A stretch of DNA of 64,000 nt from a bacterium. GTDB taxonomy: Bacteria > Zhuqueibacterota > Zhuqueibacteria > Oceanimicrobiales > Oceanimicrobiaceae. The notes under the pieces are model-generated. The model did not search any database. It was not told the origin of the DNA and saw nothing but the letters and a program-made list of their open reading frames with translations. The translations under genes were made by a program, and so were the position numbers. The DNA lies in contig JBBIIG010000002.1 in assembly GCA_037446635.1 (NCBI GenBank), positions 64,001 to 128,000 on the forward strand, written 5' to 3'. Shown here one piece after another: positions 1 through 9,852 of the stretch. The first letter of the stretch is position 1. Every line of letters begins with the position of its first letter.

Positions 1-2889
1 CTGAATGTTGGATTTGACATCGTACACGCCGGGAATATTGTGCATCTCTTCTTCCAACTGGCGGGCGACTTCCTGCAGCTTCTGTAAATTGTAACCGTGA
101 ATTTCCACCTCCACCGGCGTTTTGAAACTGAAGAGCGTCGGGCGGGAAATTGTCCACTGGAAACCGGAGAAGTTGGCCATCTCGCTGCGGATTTTGCTAA
201 TCAGTCGTTCTTCCTGCACGATGACGCTGCTGGCGCGTTTAAGGTTCACCGTGAGCTTGGCGGTGTGCTCGCCCTCTTCGCTGCTGGTGTTGGCGGTTTT
301 GTCGGTGCCGGAGACCGCCGCCACTTTGTTCACGCCCTCCTGCGCCGCCAAAAAATTTTGCATCTGCAAAATGCGCTCGTCGGTTTTTTCAACCGGCGTG
401 CCCACGGGCAGCGTGATATCGAGATTGAATTCGCCCTGGTGCACTTCGGGAATCAGCTCGCTGCCAAGCCGCGGCGCGACAATCAAAACCGTGAATAAAA
501 ATAATCCCAATACCGATCCCAACACCAGCCGGCGGTTGTTGAGCGAGTAGCTCAGAAGACGGGGGTAGTACGATTCAATTTTTCCGTACGACCAGTTGAA
601 TCCTTTTAAAACGAGGCGAGTCGGGCCGGCGAAAATGAGTTTAATTAAATTGAAAACGCCTTTAAAAAACGAGGCGAAGGTCACGTTCAAGAAATGGGCA
701 ACTCGAAAAATCAGCTCGAGGAAAAATTGAAATACGAATTTAAGAACGTAAAACGCAAAGCCCAAAACCGAAGGAATGGCGCGCAAAAGTTTCCCCGCAA
801 AATTGGCGTTTTGAAAGCGCGTTTTGATTTTGCGCGCATCTTCAATGAGGGTAGGCAGCGATTGATTGACTAAAAACGTCGGCCAGATTTCTTTGATGAA
901 GGTGACGCGCCAAAAGTCCGGGTTGCGAGCGAAATTATTTGCCCACTCAGACGGCTTAAATTTCAAAACGCGAATCAATCGCAGCAAACCTAAAATCGGC
1001 AGCAGCGGTAATAAAACTAAAATGATAATTTGTTTGATGAAGGCGATCACCAGCCCCGCAGAAGTTTTAAGAAGATTCAGTATGATGAAGCCGGTGGTTT
1101 GAGCAAATAACACCGCGCCGATTTTAATTTTTTCAAAGAAACTATCGCGATTATCTTCCGCAATCAGCGCATCGATTTTGCTTTCGGTTGAAATTTGCAG
1201 CACGTGTTTTTTCATCACGCTGCCGGCCTGCAGACCCTGAATGAACTTGGAGCTTTCACGGGATTGCAGCATCGGAATCAGAAACAGCGCCACCGCCAGC
1301 GACGCCATCAGCGAGAACACTACCGTCAGCGCCAGGTTGCCGAAGATTTGTCCCGCCACGCCTTCCACAAACACAATTGGGAAAAACACCGCGACGGTCG
1401 TGAGCGTGGAGGCGGTGACCGCGCCGCCCACTTCGCTGACCCCGCGAATGGTGGCTTGAATGAGGTTGTCTCCCTCTTCGCGGCAGCGGGCGATGCTTTC
1501 CAGCACCACGATGGAGTTGTCCACCAACATGCCGATGCCCAACGCCAATCCGCCGAGCGTCATCAGGTTCAAAGTTACGCCCATCATTTTCATGGGCGCG
1601 AAGGTAGCGACGATGGAAATGGGAATGGAAATGCCAACGATGATGGTGGCGGTGAGATTTCGCAGAAAGACGAACAGCACGATCACGGCCAAAACGCCGC
1701 CCAGCATTGCGGTGGATTTAACTTCATTCACCGCGTTTTGAATGAAGACCGACTGATCGGAGAGCAGATCGATTTTGATTCCCTCCGGCAAATTATAAGC
1801 GATGAAGTTGGTCATCTGCCGGCGTCTCATTTCTTCCTGCTGGCCGCCGGGGCCGCCGCGACTTTTGCCGTTCGTGGGCTTCGCTTCTTCTTTCTTCTCC
1901 TTCTTTTCCGCCTCCATTTTGGCGAGATTGGCTACAAAGGCCTGCTGCGCCGCAGTACCAAATACCCGGTCTTTCACCCGCTGCGCGACGGTCACCACAT
2001 TGGCGTCGGCTTCTTTGTAAACTTCGATTTCCACGCTTTCCTGGCCGTTGATGCGGGTGATGATCTCGCGATCTTTGAACGTGCGCCGTACTTCCGCCAC
2101 GTCGCGGATTTTGATCTCTTTGCCGTTCCAGTTGCCAATCACCACATTGGCGATTTCATCCACCGACTTGAATTCGTTGAGGGTGCGGACGAGATACTCG
2201 GTCTGCCCTTCCTTCAAATTGCCGCCGGCGAGGTTGACGTTCTCCTGTTCGAGGCGGTTGCGCACCTGCTGGATATTGATGCCAATCAACGCGAGTTTGT
2301 GCTCCTGCAGCTCGACGCGGATTTCTTCCTCCAAGCCGCCTTTGATTTTGATGGCCGCCACGCCCTCGACGGTTTCGAGGATGCGCTTAAGTTCTTCGTC
2401 GCCGAGATAGCGCAGATAAATTAGCGACGCCTCTCCGTAGAGTCCCAGCCGCATGATGGGATCGAGGGTGGGATCGTAGCGCAGAATCAACGGGCGTTCG
2501 GCGTCTTCGGGAAGGAACACTTGATCCAACTTTTCGCGCACCTCGGCGGTGGCTTCGTTCATGTCGGTGTCCCAGGTGAATTCCAATTTCACGTCCGACT
2601 GCCCGGCTTTGGAAATGGAGCTGATGCTTACCACTTTGCCCACCACACCTAGCGCCTGTTCAACGGGTCGCGAGATAGTGGTTTCGATTTCCTCCGGCGC
2701 AGTGCCGGGATATTCGGTGCGCACGGTGAGCGACGGGTAAGAGATGTCCGGCATGAGATTGACCGGTAGTTGCTGGTAGGAGATCCACCCGAACACCACC
2801 ACGCCGATGACTACCATCAAAATCGCTACTGGGCGAGTGGTGGTGAATTCAAAGAATTTGCTGGATTGAGTTTTCATTTTTTTGCTCAT
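1..2889 (-). CDS. RND efflux transporter permease subunit (AcrB/AcrD/AcrF family), 3' end outside window
   Basis: Not in the ORF track because it has no stop in the window. Manual translation from ATG 2889 gives MSKKMKTQSSKFFEFTTTRPVAILMVVIGVVVFGWISYQQLPVNLMPDISYPSLTVRTEYPGTAPEEIET, later NLMTLGGLALGIGMLVDNSIVVLES. It lies directly downstream of an MFP gene. Confidence 0.95.
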   Translation of the reverse strand, partial: MSKKMKTQSSKFFEFTTTRPVAILMVVIGVVVFGWISYQQLPVNLMPDISYPSLTVRTEYPGTAPEEIETTISRPVEQALGVVGKVVSISSISKAGQSDVKLEFTWDTDMNEATAEVREKLDQVFLPEDAERPLILRYDPTLDPIMRLGLYGEASLIYLRYLGDEELKRILETVEGVAAIKIKGGLEEEIRVELQEHKLALIGINIQQVRNRLEQENVNLAGGNLKEGQTEYLVRTLNEFKSVDEIANVVIGNWNGKEIKIRDVAEVRRTFKDREIITRINGQESVEIEVYKEADANVVTVAQRVKDRVFGTAAQQAFVANLAKMEAEKKEKKEEAKPTNGKSRGGPGGQQEEMRRRQMTNFIAYNLPEGIKIDLLSDQSVFIQNAVNEVKSTAMLGGVLAVIVLFVFLRNLTATIIVGISIPISIVATFAPMKMMGVTLNLMTLGGLALGIGMLVDNSIVVLESIARCREEGDNLIQATIRGVSEVGGAVTASTLTTVAVFFPIVFVEGVAGQIFGNLALTVVFSLMASLAVALFLIPMLQSRESSKFIQGLQAGSVMKKHVLQISTESKIDALIAEDNRDSFFEKIKIGAVLFAQTTGFIILNLLKTSAGLVIAFIKQIIILVLLPLLPILGLLRLIRVLKFKPSEWANNFARNPDFWRVTFIKEIWPTFLVNQSLPTLIEDARKIKTRFQNANFAGKLLRAIPSVLGFAFYVLKFVFQFFLELIFRVAHFLNVTFASFFKGVFNLIKLIFAGPTRLVLKGFNWSYGKIESYYPRLLSYSLNNRRLVLGSVLGLFLFTVLIVAPRLGSELIPEVHQGEFNLDITLPVGTPVEKTDERILQMQNFLAAQEGVNKVAAVSGTDKTANTSSEEGEHTAKLTVNLKRASSVIVQEERLISKIRSEMANFSGFQWTISRPTLFSFKTPVEVEIHGYNLQKLQEVARQLEEEMHNIPGVYDVKSNIQ

Positions 2890-2897
2890 GATTTTTT

Positions 2898-2952
2898 AAC
2901 CACGAATTTCACGAATTACACTAATTGAAATTGATTCGTGAAATTCGTGGTT
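2898..2952. repeat. Intergenic hairpin AACCACGAATTTCACGAAT...ATTCGTGAAATTCGTGGTT; the first 25 nt recur at 42467-42491
   Basis: Inverted arms read directly; identical 25-mer between cysT and cysW. Confidence 0.85.
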
Positions 2953-2959
2953 TGATTTT

Positions 2960-4066
2960 TCATCGCTGCGCGACCACCTTCACTTTGGTGCGATCTTTCA
3001 AGCCGGCCTGTCCCACCACAATCACCGGTTCGTTGGGCGCGATGCCGGAACGAACTTCCACTTTTTCGTAATCCTGGAAGCCGGCGTCGAGCGTGATTTT
3101 GTGGGCGAGGCTGTCGCGCACCACAAACACGTGCATGGCTTCGTTTTCATAAACGATGGCGGTCTTGGGAACCAGCACCGCGTTTTCGTGGGTGTCGGTG
3201 ATGATGTGCACGTTTACAAACATGCCGGGGCGCAGCATGTTCTCTTCGTTGCGAATGCCGACGGTGACTTTGAAGGTGCCGCTCTGCGGATCGACAACCG
3301 GACTGACGCGTTTGATCCAACCAGAGAATTGCATCTTCGAGAGATTATCCGAAGTCAGAAACGCCTGCTGGCCTTTGGCAATGCGGCCGATTTCTTTTTC
3401 CGGAATGTGCACGACAGCGATCATTTCTTCGGTGTTGATGACGGTGAACAGTTTATCTGAGGGTTGGATGCGATCGCCCTGGCGCCGCAGCCGCTCGCCG
3501 ATGACGCCCGCAATCGGCGAGGTGATGCTGGTGTAATCGAGATTGAGTTTGGCCTGCTGCCACTGGATGCGTTTGGCCTCGAACTGAAATTTCGCCTGCT
3601 CGAATTCTTCTTTGCTCAGCAGTTGTTTTTCAAACATCGCCTGTGAACGCTCGAAAAGATTTTCCTGCTGCTCGTATTCCACTTTGGCTTTGGCCTCGGC
3701 GAGGGCATATTCGTCGGCCTCCAATTTCATCAGCACCTGATCTTTTTTGACGAAGTCTCCTTCTTCCACGTAAATATCATCCACCAGGCCCTGCACGCGG
3801 GAATAGACGTCGGTCATCTTTTCGGTTTCGAGATTGGAGCTGAGCAAAATATAGGAGGAAATCGTGCCGGTTTTGACGTTGGTGGTTTCCACGGGGATGA
3901 GATCGTTTTCTTTTGAGGGAAGTTTGTCTTTGTCTTTTTTAGTGGTATCGTCTGCGGCGGGGGCATCACCGTTTTTGCCCTGGGCGTCGTTCTTGGTACA
4001 GCCCAATAGCGCCAGCGCCACGGCGACGAGACAGGCCATAGCCAGAATGGTGAGTTTTCGAGCCAT
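2960..4066 (-). CDS. RND efflux periplasmic adaptor (membrane fusion lipoprotein)
   Basis: Start MARKLTILAM after CAGGAG; lipobox LLGC; motifs SITSPIAGVI, VSPVVDPQSGTFKV, LRPGMFVNV. Confidence 0.95.
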   Translation of the reverse strand: MARKLTILAMACLVAVALALLGCTKNDAQGKNGDAPAADDTTKKDKDKLPSKENDLIPVETTNVKTGTISSYILLSSNLETEKMTDVYSRVQGLVDDIYVEEGDFVKKDQVLMKLEADEYALAEAKAKVEYEQQENLFERSQAMFEKQLLSKEEFEQAKFQFEAKRIQWQQAKLNLDYTSITSPIAGVIGERLRRQGDRIQPSDKLFTVINTEEMIAVVHIPEKEIGRIAKGQQAFLTSDNLSKMQFSGWIKRVSPVVDPQSGTFKVTVGIRNEENMLRPGMFVNVHIITDTHENAVLVPKTAIVYENEAMHVFVVRDSLAHKITLDAGFQDYEKVEVRSGIAPNEPVIVVGQAGLKDRTKVKVVAQR

Positions 4067-4305
4067 TTTATTCTCCTGAGTAGAATTTTTCAAAAAGTGG
4101 TGATCGGGTGGTTTAGCACTGCCAGTATTACGCTTCAAGTTCAGATGATGTTTCTCATAAAATTAAATTTCTACTTTTGCTTGCCGCTGTTTTTTATTAA
4201 CTCTGTAAAAGTGGGGCCGTGTTGCCTAAAAAATTCTGTTGTAGAAATTAGAAAACCTTTTTATATTGCGCCGCTTTTTAAATCGAGGCGGTAGGGATGT
4301 TTTCA

Positions 4306-4338
4306 TGTCATGCCCGAATGCTTTTGTCGGGCATCCAG
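4306..4338. repeat. REP-like palindrome TGTCATGCCCGAATGCTTTTGTCGGGCATCCAG; copies at 32711-32743 (inverted, 1 mismatch) and 16598-16628 (diverged)
   Basis: Direct comparison of the three loci. Confidence 0.85.
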
Positions 4339-4396
4339 TGCGAGAGGCATAGAATCCCCCGCTATAAACGTCAGGCTGCTGCAAATAAAAAACATT

Positions 4397-4429
4397 GGAC
4401 GCAGATTGCCCAGATGAACGCAGATTTTT
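4397..4429. repeat. GGACGCAGATTGCCCAGATGAACGCAGATTTTT element; near-identical copy at 43446-43478
   Basis: Direct comparison. Confidence 0.8.
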
Positions 4430-4501
4430 CGAATAAGAAATAGCAAAGACCAACATGACAGCTTCACAACCCTTTTGGACTAGCCCTCTTACCTAACGCA
4501 A

Positions 4502-5221
4502 ATGTATATTATCTTTTTTTCAGCCATTGCCGCCGCGGCGACCATAGTGGGCGGCAGCATTCCGCTGCTGCACAAGCGGATCACCAAAGATAATCTCACC
4601 CTGCTGATGGCCTTTTCCGCCGGCGTGTTGCTCTCCACGGGACTCAACCATATGGTTGCGGAAAGCTACGCCGAAAGCGGCCGCTGGGCTATGGCGGCAG
4701 TGAGTCTCGGATTTGTGCTGCTCTATGGTTATGAAAAGGCGGCGATGATTCATGCCTGCCGCGAGCAGGATTGCCGCGTCCATCACTTTGGCGGCGCCGC
4801 GCTGGCCGGCATTGGCTTTCACAGCCTGCTCGATGGCTTCGCCATTGCCGTGAGTTTTGAATTGGAAAAAACTCTGGGGATGATCGTCATCGCGGCCGTC
4901 ATTCTTCATCGCTTGCCAACCGGCATTTCCATCGCCGCCATCATGCTGGCTCATCACTACCACGAAAGCAAAGCCTGGGTCATATTGACCATCATCGCCG
5001 GTTTGAACGTGGTGGGCGCGGTGCTGGGCCTGCTCATTCCCTTCAACGAAACCATGTTCTTAAGCCTTGCCGTTGGGCTTTCCGGCGGCACGTTTCTCTA
5101 TATTTCCACCAGCGACCTGTTACCGATGGCCCACGAAAGCCATCACGACTACCGCGTGCCGGCGTTTTTCTTGATTGGATTTTTAGGCGTGCTGGCTGCG
5201 ACTTTTCTCAACGGCGGGTGA
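4502..5221 (+). CDS. ZIP family divalent metal transporter (ZupT/GufA-like)
   Basis: Multi-TM; AFSAGVLL, HSLLDGFAI, ILHRLPTG, GGTFLYI motifs; His-rich loop. Confidence 0.9.
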   Translation: MYIIFFSAIAAAATIVGGSIPLLHKRITKDNLTLLMAFSAGVLLSTGLNHMVAESYAESGRWAMAAVSLGFVLLYGYEKAAMIHACREQDCRVHHFGGAALAGIGFHSLLDGFAIAVSFELEKTLGMIVIAAVILHRLPTGISIAAIMLAHHYHESKAWVILTIIAGLNVVGAVLGLLIPFNETMFLSLAVGLSGGTFLYISTSDLLPMAHESHHDYRVPAFFLIGFLGVLAATFLNGG

Positions 5222-5296
5222 GCGCGTCCACAGCCTTGTAACAACCAAACCATAATTTCACCGTCAAAAATCCTATCAAAGTAGCCAATAAATTGC

Positions 5297-5325
5297 TTGA
5301 CAAATATAGGTTTGTTTGTTAGATT
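5297..5325 (+). promoter_or_regulatory. Putative sigma-70 promoter TTGACA-N17-TAGATT upstream of the TonB-dependent receptor
   Basis: Perfect -35, 17-bp spacer, 4/6 -10. Confidence 0.6.
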
Positions 5326-5559
5326 GCGTCGAGACTAATCCTTAAAACGTTAAGGATAGGGAAATCCTGCCAGAAGCTGCAAATCAATTCAACTCTGTTA
5401 AGGCTGTTGCGTTTGTCGTCTAACCACAATTCACGATGCGTCTAACATCTTTTCCAAGAAGGAGGTGGTGAATTAGCGTAATTCGCAAAGTTGCTTTATG
5501 TAGAGCTGTTTGGATTTCAGTCCCCTTTGGAGGGAAGAATTAATTAGGAGGCACAAGTT

Positions 5560-8500
5560 ATGTTGAAGAAAACAAGTTTGTTCATTCTGGTATGTTTACT
5601 GTTGCCGGCGGTGGTGCTGGCGCAAGGCGTTACGACGGCATCGCTCAGCGGTACGGTAAAAGATCAGAAGGGTGAGCCGCTGGTGGGCGCCAATGTGGTG
5701 GCGGTGCACCAGGCGAGCGGTTCCACCTTTGGCGCGGCCTCGCGCAGCGACGGCCGGTTTAATATTCCGGGTATGCGAGTCGGGGGTCCCTATACGGTTA
5801 CGGCCAGCTATATTGGTTACAACACCCAAAAACAAGAAAACATTTATCTGAGTTTGGGGCAGAATTTAAAAATTGACTTTGTGCTGCCCGAAGAGGCGGT
5901 CGAGTTGGGTGAAATTGTGACCGTGGCCGAACGCGACGCCATTTTGAGCGCGTCCCGAACCGGCGCTGCCACTTCCGTCAGCACCCAGGCGATTCAAACT
6001 CTCCCTACCATTTCCAGAAGAATTGAAGACTTTGCCCGCTTGACCCCTCAGCTCAATCCATCGGGTTTTGGTTTCTCATTTGCTGGCCAAGACAATCGTC
6101 TGAATAACATTACCGTTGACGGCTCGTATTTTAACAACTCCTTCGGATTGGCGGGCAAGCCTGGCGACCGCACCGGCGTTTCGCCGATTTCTCTGGACGC
6201 CATCGAACAGTTACAAATTAACATTGCTCCTTACGACGTGCGCCAGGGTAATTTTGTGGGGGCCGGGGTCAACACGGTTACTAAAAGCGGCACCAATGAA
6301 ATCTCCGGCTCCGTCTATTACCAGTTCCGAGACGAAAGCTTGGTTGGCACCGAAGCGAAGGACTTCGATGTGGATCCGGGCGAATTTAGCTATAATTTGA
6401 TCGGCGCTCGCCTGGGCGGGCCCCTCATCCCGAACAAACTGTTTTTCTTTGCCAGCTTCGAGGATGACGATTTGACTCAGCCGGGAACCACGTTCAGAGC
6501 CAGAACCTCCGTAGATGAACCCATCGGCGGCAACGTAACCAGAGTATTGGCTTCAGACCTGCAGAATCTCAGCGCCTTTTTGCGGGACAATTTTAACTAC
6601 GAAACTGGAGGGTTTCAAGGTTATGACCACGGGACGCCCTCTACCCGATTTCTGCTGAGGTTCGATTACAACCTGAATGAGCACAACAAGCTGAGCGTGC
6701 GGTACAACCACCTGGATTCAAATACGGATGTGTTAGTTTCCAACTCTTCTTCGCTCGGCTTTGGAACCAGAAGAAGCAATCTCAACGGCTTGAACTTCCA
6801 GAATTCAAATTATATTATTTTGGAAGATATTCGCTCCATCGTTGGCGAGTGGAACTCCATCATTGGCACCAATATGTCCAACAATCTCATTGTTGGCTAT
6901 ACCCACCATGATGAAAGCCGCGACTTCAGGGGCAGCTTCTTCCCCTTTGTAGATATCCTTGAAGGTGGCTCGGTCTATACTTCTTTTGGTTTTGAGCCTT
7001 TCACCCCCAATAACGAATTGCGCTATTGGAGCTTCCAGGTGCAGGATAACTTCACCATCTATAAAGGCAATCATAACCTCACTTTCGGGGTGAGTGCGGA
7101 ACGCTACGAATCCGAAAACGTCTTCTTCCCCGGTTCGCAAAGCGTTTACGTGTATAATTCGCTGGCTGATTTCTTCACCGACGCCAACGACTTTCTCGCC
7201 AACCCCAACCGAACGGTTTCTCCGGTAACCCTGCGGCGTTTCCAGGTGCGGTGGTCAAACATACCCGGCCAGGAAAAGCCGATTCAGCCGCTGAAAGTCT
7301 TCTTCACCGGCGTTTATGCCCAGGACGAGTGGCAGGTCAACAAGAGGTTGCGGTTGACGGCTGGTTTGCGGCTTGACGTCCCCTTCTTCGGCGATACAGG
7401 TTTCCGCAACGCCGTGGCGGATGCGCTTTCCTTCAGAGATGAAGACGGCAATACCGTACAATTTCAGACCGACAAGCTGCCGGATGCGAATATTCTATGG
7501 TCGCCCAGGCTCGGTTTCAATTGGGATGTTACCGGCGATCGCAGCACGCAGGTTCGAGGCGGCTCGGGTATTTTGACCGGTCGCCCGGCTTATGTGTGGA
7601 TTTCCAACCAGATTGGTAATACCGGCGTGCTCACCGGTTTTGAAAGATTGGATAACACCACCGCTCGGCCATTTCACCCAGATCCGGATCATTATAAGCC
7701 AGCTAATGTGACCGGCGACCCGGCCTCCAGCTTTGAATTGGCCTTAACCGACCCGGATTTTAAATTTCCCCAGGTGTGGAGAAGCAACATCGCCGTTGAC
7801 CAACGCCTCCCCTGGTTTGGGCTGATTGGAACGGCCGAATTTCTCTACAACCGCGATGTTAACGGGATCTACTACATCAACGCCAATTTGGCGCCCCCCA
7901 ACACAAGCTTTAACGGCCCCGATAACCGCCCAAGATGGACGACCAGCAACCGGATCAACGCCAACGTTGATAACGCCATCGTTTTGAAAAACCAGAATGA
8001 CGGCTATTCCTGGAACCTGGCGTTCTCGTTAGAGAAACCGTTCAGCAAAGGCTTCTACGGCAAAATCGCCTACGGCTACGGCGAAGCGAAGAATACCATC
8101 GATCCCGGTTCCATTGCGTTTGGTTCCTGGAATAATAACCCCCACCCCGGCGACCCCAACAATCCGGGGGTGGCATTCTCCAGCGTTTCTCAGGGGCACC
8201 GAGTTTTGGCGGCGCTATCCTACCGCAAAGAATACTTCAAGTTCGGCGCCACGACGATTTCATTATTCTGGGAAGGATTCAACCAGGGGAACGCCAGCTA
8301 CACCTTTAGCGGCGACCTGAACGGCGATGGCGGCACCAGCAATGACCTGATTTATATTCATCGGGACATTTCCGAAATGAATTTTGAAGAATTCACCGCC
8401 TCTGGCAGAACGTTCACCGCTGCCGAGCAAGCCGCCGCCTGGAACGCGTTTATTGAGCAAGATGACTATCTACGCGAACACCGGGGTGAATACGCCGAGC

Positions 8501-8826
8501 GCGGCGCCGTTCGACTGCCGATGGTTTTCAGGGCCGACTTAAGCATTGCGCAGGATCTGTTTACCAATATCTTGAATAAACGAAATACCTTGCAGTTCCG
8601 AGTCGATTTTCTGAATGTTGGTAATTTGATCAATAAAGATTGGGGCGTCGGTGAGCGTCTAGTTACCACCCAACCATTAATTGCTCGCGGAGCTGACGCC
8701 AACGGCGTGGCTCTTTACCGGCTGAGAAACTTCGGTAGTGAGTTGATTTCCGAAACCTTCCAACAGACCGCTGGCATCGATGACGTTTTCAGAATTCAGT
8801 TTACATTGAGATATATCTTCAACTGA
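5560..8826 (+). CDS. TonB-dependent receptor, Oar-like, with N-terminal carboxypeptidase-regulatory-like domain
   Basis: Signal peptide; SGTVKDQKGEPLVGANV; plug motif NNITVDG...PYDVRQGNFVGAGVNTVTKSGTN; C-terminal LRYIFN; RBS AGGAGG. Confidence 0.93.
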   Translation: MLKKTSLFILVCLLLPAVVLAQGVTTASLSGTVKDQKGEPLVGANVVAVHQASGSTFGAASRSDGRFNIPGMRVGGPYTVTASYIGYNTQKQENIYLSLGQNLKIDFVLPEEAVELGEIVTVAERDAILSASRTGAATSVSTQAIQTLPTISRRIEDFARLTPQLNPSGFGFSFAGQDNRLNNITVDGSYFNNSFGLAGKPGDRTGVSPISLDAIEQLQINIAPYDVRQGNFVGAGVNTVTKSGTNEISGSVYYQFRDESLVGTEAKDFDVDPGEFSYNLIGARLGGPLIPNKLFFFASFEDDDLTQPGTTFRARTSVDEPIGGNVTRVLASDLQNLSAFLRDNFNYETGGFQGYDHGTPSTRFLLRFDYNLNEHNKLSVRYNHLDSNTDVLVSNSSSLGFGTRRSNLNGLNFQNSNYIILEDIRSIVGEWNSIIGTNMSNNLIVGYTHHDESRDFRGSFFPFVDILEGGSVYTSFGFEPFTPNNELRYWSFQVQDNFTIYKGNHNLTFGVSAERYESENVFFPGSQSVYVYNSLADFFTDANDFLANPNRTVSPVTLRRFQVRWSNIPGQEKPIQPLKVFFTGVYAQDEWQVNKRLRLTAGLRLDVPFFGDTGFRNAVADALSFRDEDGNTVQFQTDKLPDANILWSPRLGFNWDVTGDRSTQVRGGSGILTGRPAYVWISNQIGNTGVLTGFERLDNTTARPFHPDPDHYKPANVTGDPASSFELALTDPDFKFPQVWRSNIAVDQRLPWFGLIGTAEFLYNRDVNGIYYINANLAPPNTSFNGPDNRPRWTTSNRINANVDNAIVLKNQNDGYSWNLAFSLEKPFSKGFYGKIAYGYGEAKNTIDPGSIAFGSWNNNPHPGDPNNPGVAFSSVSQGHRVLAALSYRKEYFKFGATTISLFWEGFNQGNASYTFSGDLNGDGGTSNDLIYIHRDISEMNFEEFTASGRTFTAAEQAAAWNAFIEQDDYLREHRGEYAERGAVRLPMVFRADLSIAQDLFTNILNKRNTLQFRVDFLNVGNLINKDWGVGERLVTTQPLIARGADANGVALYRLRNFGSELISETFQQTAGIDDVFRIQFTLRYIFN

Positions 8827-8842
8827 GATCACCAGCAATTTC

Positions 8843-8877
8843 AAAAAGCCGCCTCCCAAAAAGGGGCGGCTTTTTTT
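8843..8877 (+). terminator. Rho-independent, probably bidirectional terminator
   Basis: AAAAAGCCGCCTCC...GGGGCGGCTTTTTTT hairpin flanked by A and T runs between convergent genes. Confidence 0.85.
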
Positions 8878-8888
8878 ATTGCACTTGA

Positions 8889-8968
8889 TCATTCGAAATT
8901 CAAAATTTCTTGTTCAATATTCGGCAATTCAAAGAAATAACGAATATCGAACAAGGAATGTCGAATGA
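8889..8968. repeat. Palindromic element copy 1 (ATTCGAAATTC...AACAAGGAATGTCGAATGA)
   Basis: 31 nt (8938-8968) identical to 9808-9838; internal inverted arms. Confidence 0.85.
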
Positions 8969-8978
8969 CGCGACAGAT

Positions 8979-9392
8979 TTATGAAGGAAGAACTTTCTCA
9001 AGTTCTTTCAGAAATGTAAAAACACTGACTATACGCACACCTTGATAGGATTTACGAGGAAAGTGTTTGAGATTCTTTGTAACCAAAAACTCAGCCCGAC
9101 CCTCCAGCGCAGTTTCGAGAAATTTGTCATCGTCAGAATCCTTACAGACTTGCAATGTACCCATTATCGCAACGTGATGTGCAAATGTTTTGAGTTCAGT
9201 CAATAGAATTGCTGCCTCGATTTCCGCGACATTCGGCGCATGTGATAGAACCGCGAAATATTCATCTAAAATTGGATCGGATATTAATACATCGAACTGT
9301 CTTTGTTGCCAATGTTTTCGAATTTTGGCGGGAGCGCCAAATGGATTGAGTAACGCGGCAACAAAAATATTCGTGTCGAGAACGACGATCAT
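8979..9392 (-). CDS. PIN-domain toxin (VapC-like) of a type II TA pair
   Basis: MIVVLDTNIFVAAL, CKDSDDDKFLETA, LVTKNLKHF. Confidence 0.9.
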   Translation of the reverse strand: MIVVLDTNIFVAALLNPFGAPAKIRKHWQQRQFDVLISDPILDEYFAVLSHAPNVAEIEAAILLTELKTFAHHVAIMGTLQVCKDSDDDKFLETALEGRAEFLVTKNLKHFPRKSYQGVRIVSVFTFLKELEKVLPS

Positions 9393-9661
9393 TTGGCGCC
9401 GCTTTTTCGACGCTGCGTTCGGGCTTCACCAATCAACCGGTCGATTTCTTTCGAAGAGAGTCCCCCGGCTTCGATTACCTTTTTTCGTATCTGATCGGCA
9501 ACTTCCCAAAAACGTTCAAAATGATTCTTGCCGCCCAGCAAACGTAGAAATTTCACCGCCTGTTGAAATGTCAAGCTGTCATCTCCTTGAAATATTTCCC
9601 GCGAGATTTTCTTAAATTCTTGGGCGGTTTCTGGTTGCACCTTGATAAGTAACTCTGTCAT
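9389..9661 (-). CDS. Putative antitoxin
   Basis: ~90 aa; ATGA overlap with the PIN gene; RBS GAGAGG before MTELL. Confidence 0.75.
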   Translation of the reverse strand: MTELLIKVQPETAQEFKKISREIFQGDDSLTFQQAVKFLRLLGGKNHFERFWEVADQIRKKVIEAGGLSSKEIDRLIGEARTQRRKSGAK

Positions 9662-9745
9662 AAGGATACCTCTCAAAGAGATTTGAAACGCTCAAATATA
9701 CAGCGTCTTTTCTCTGAGTTGCAAGGAAAAGTTAATCACTTTATA

Positions 9746-9838
9746 ATTCGAAATTCAACATTCCTTGTTCGACATTCGACATTCAAACGAATTGCCAAAG
9801 AATCGATTAACGAATATCGAACAAGGAATGTCGAATGA
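9746..9838. repeat. Palindromic element copy 2, in direct orientation with 8889-8968
   Basis: Direct comparison. Confidence 0.85.
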
Positions 9839-9852
9839 TGAACGGTTTGTTT

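Noticed and set aside
97..2740. Plus-strand ORFs such as 1195-2424 (409 aa)
   Set aside because: Antisense shadows of the minus-strand RND permease, which the ORF track missed because it has no stop in the window.
8889..9838. Possible CRISPR array or integron attC sites
   Set aside because: Only two copies about 870 bp apart, no regular spacers, no cas or intI gene, and no convincing RYYYAAC/GTTRRRY ends.
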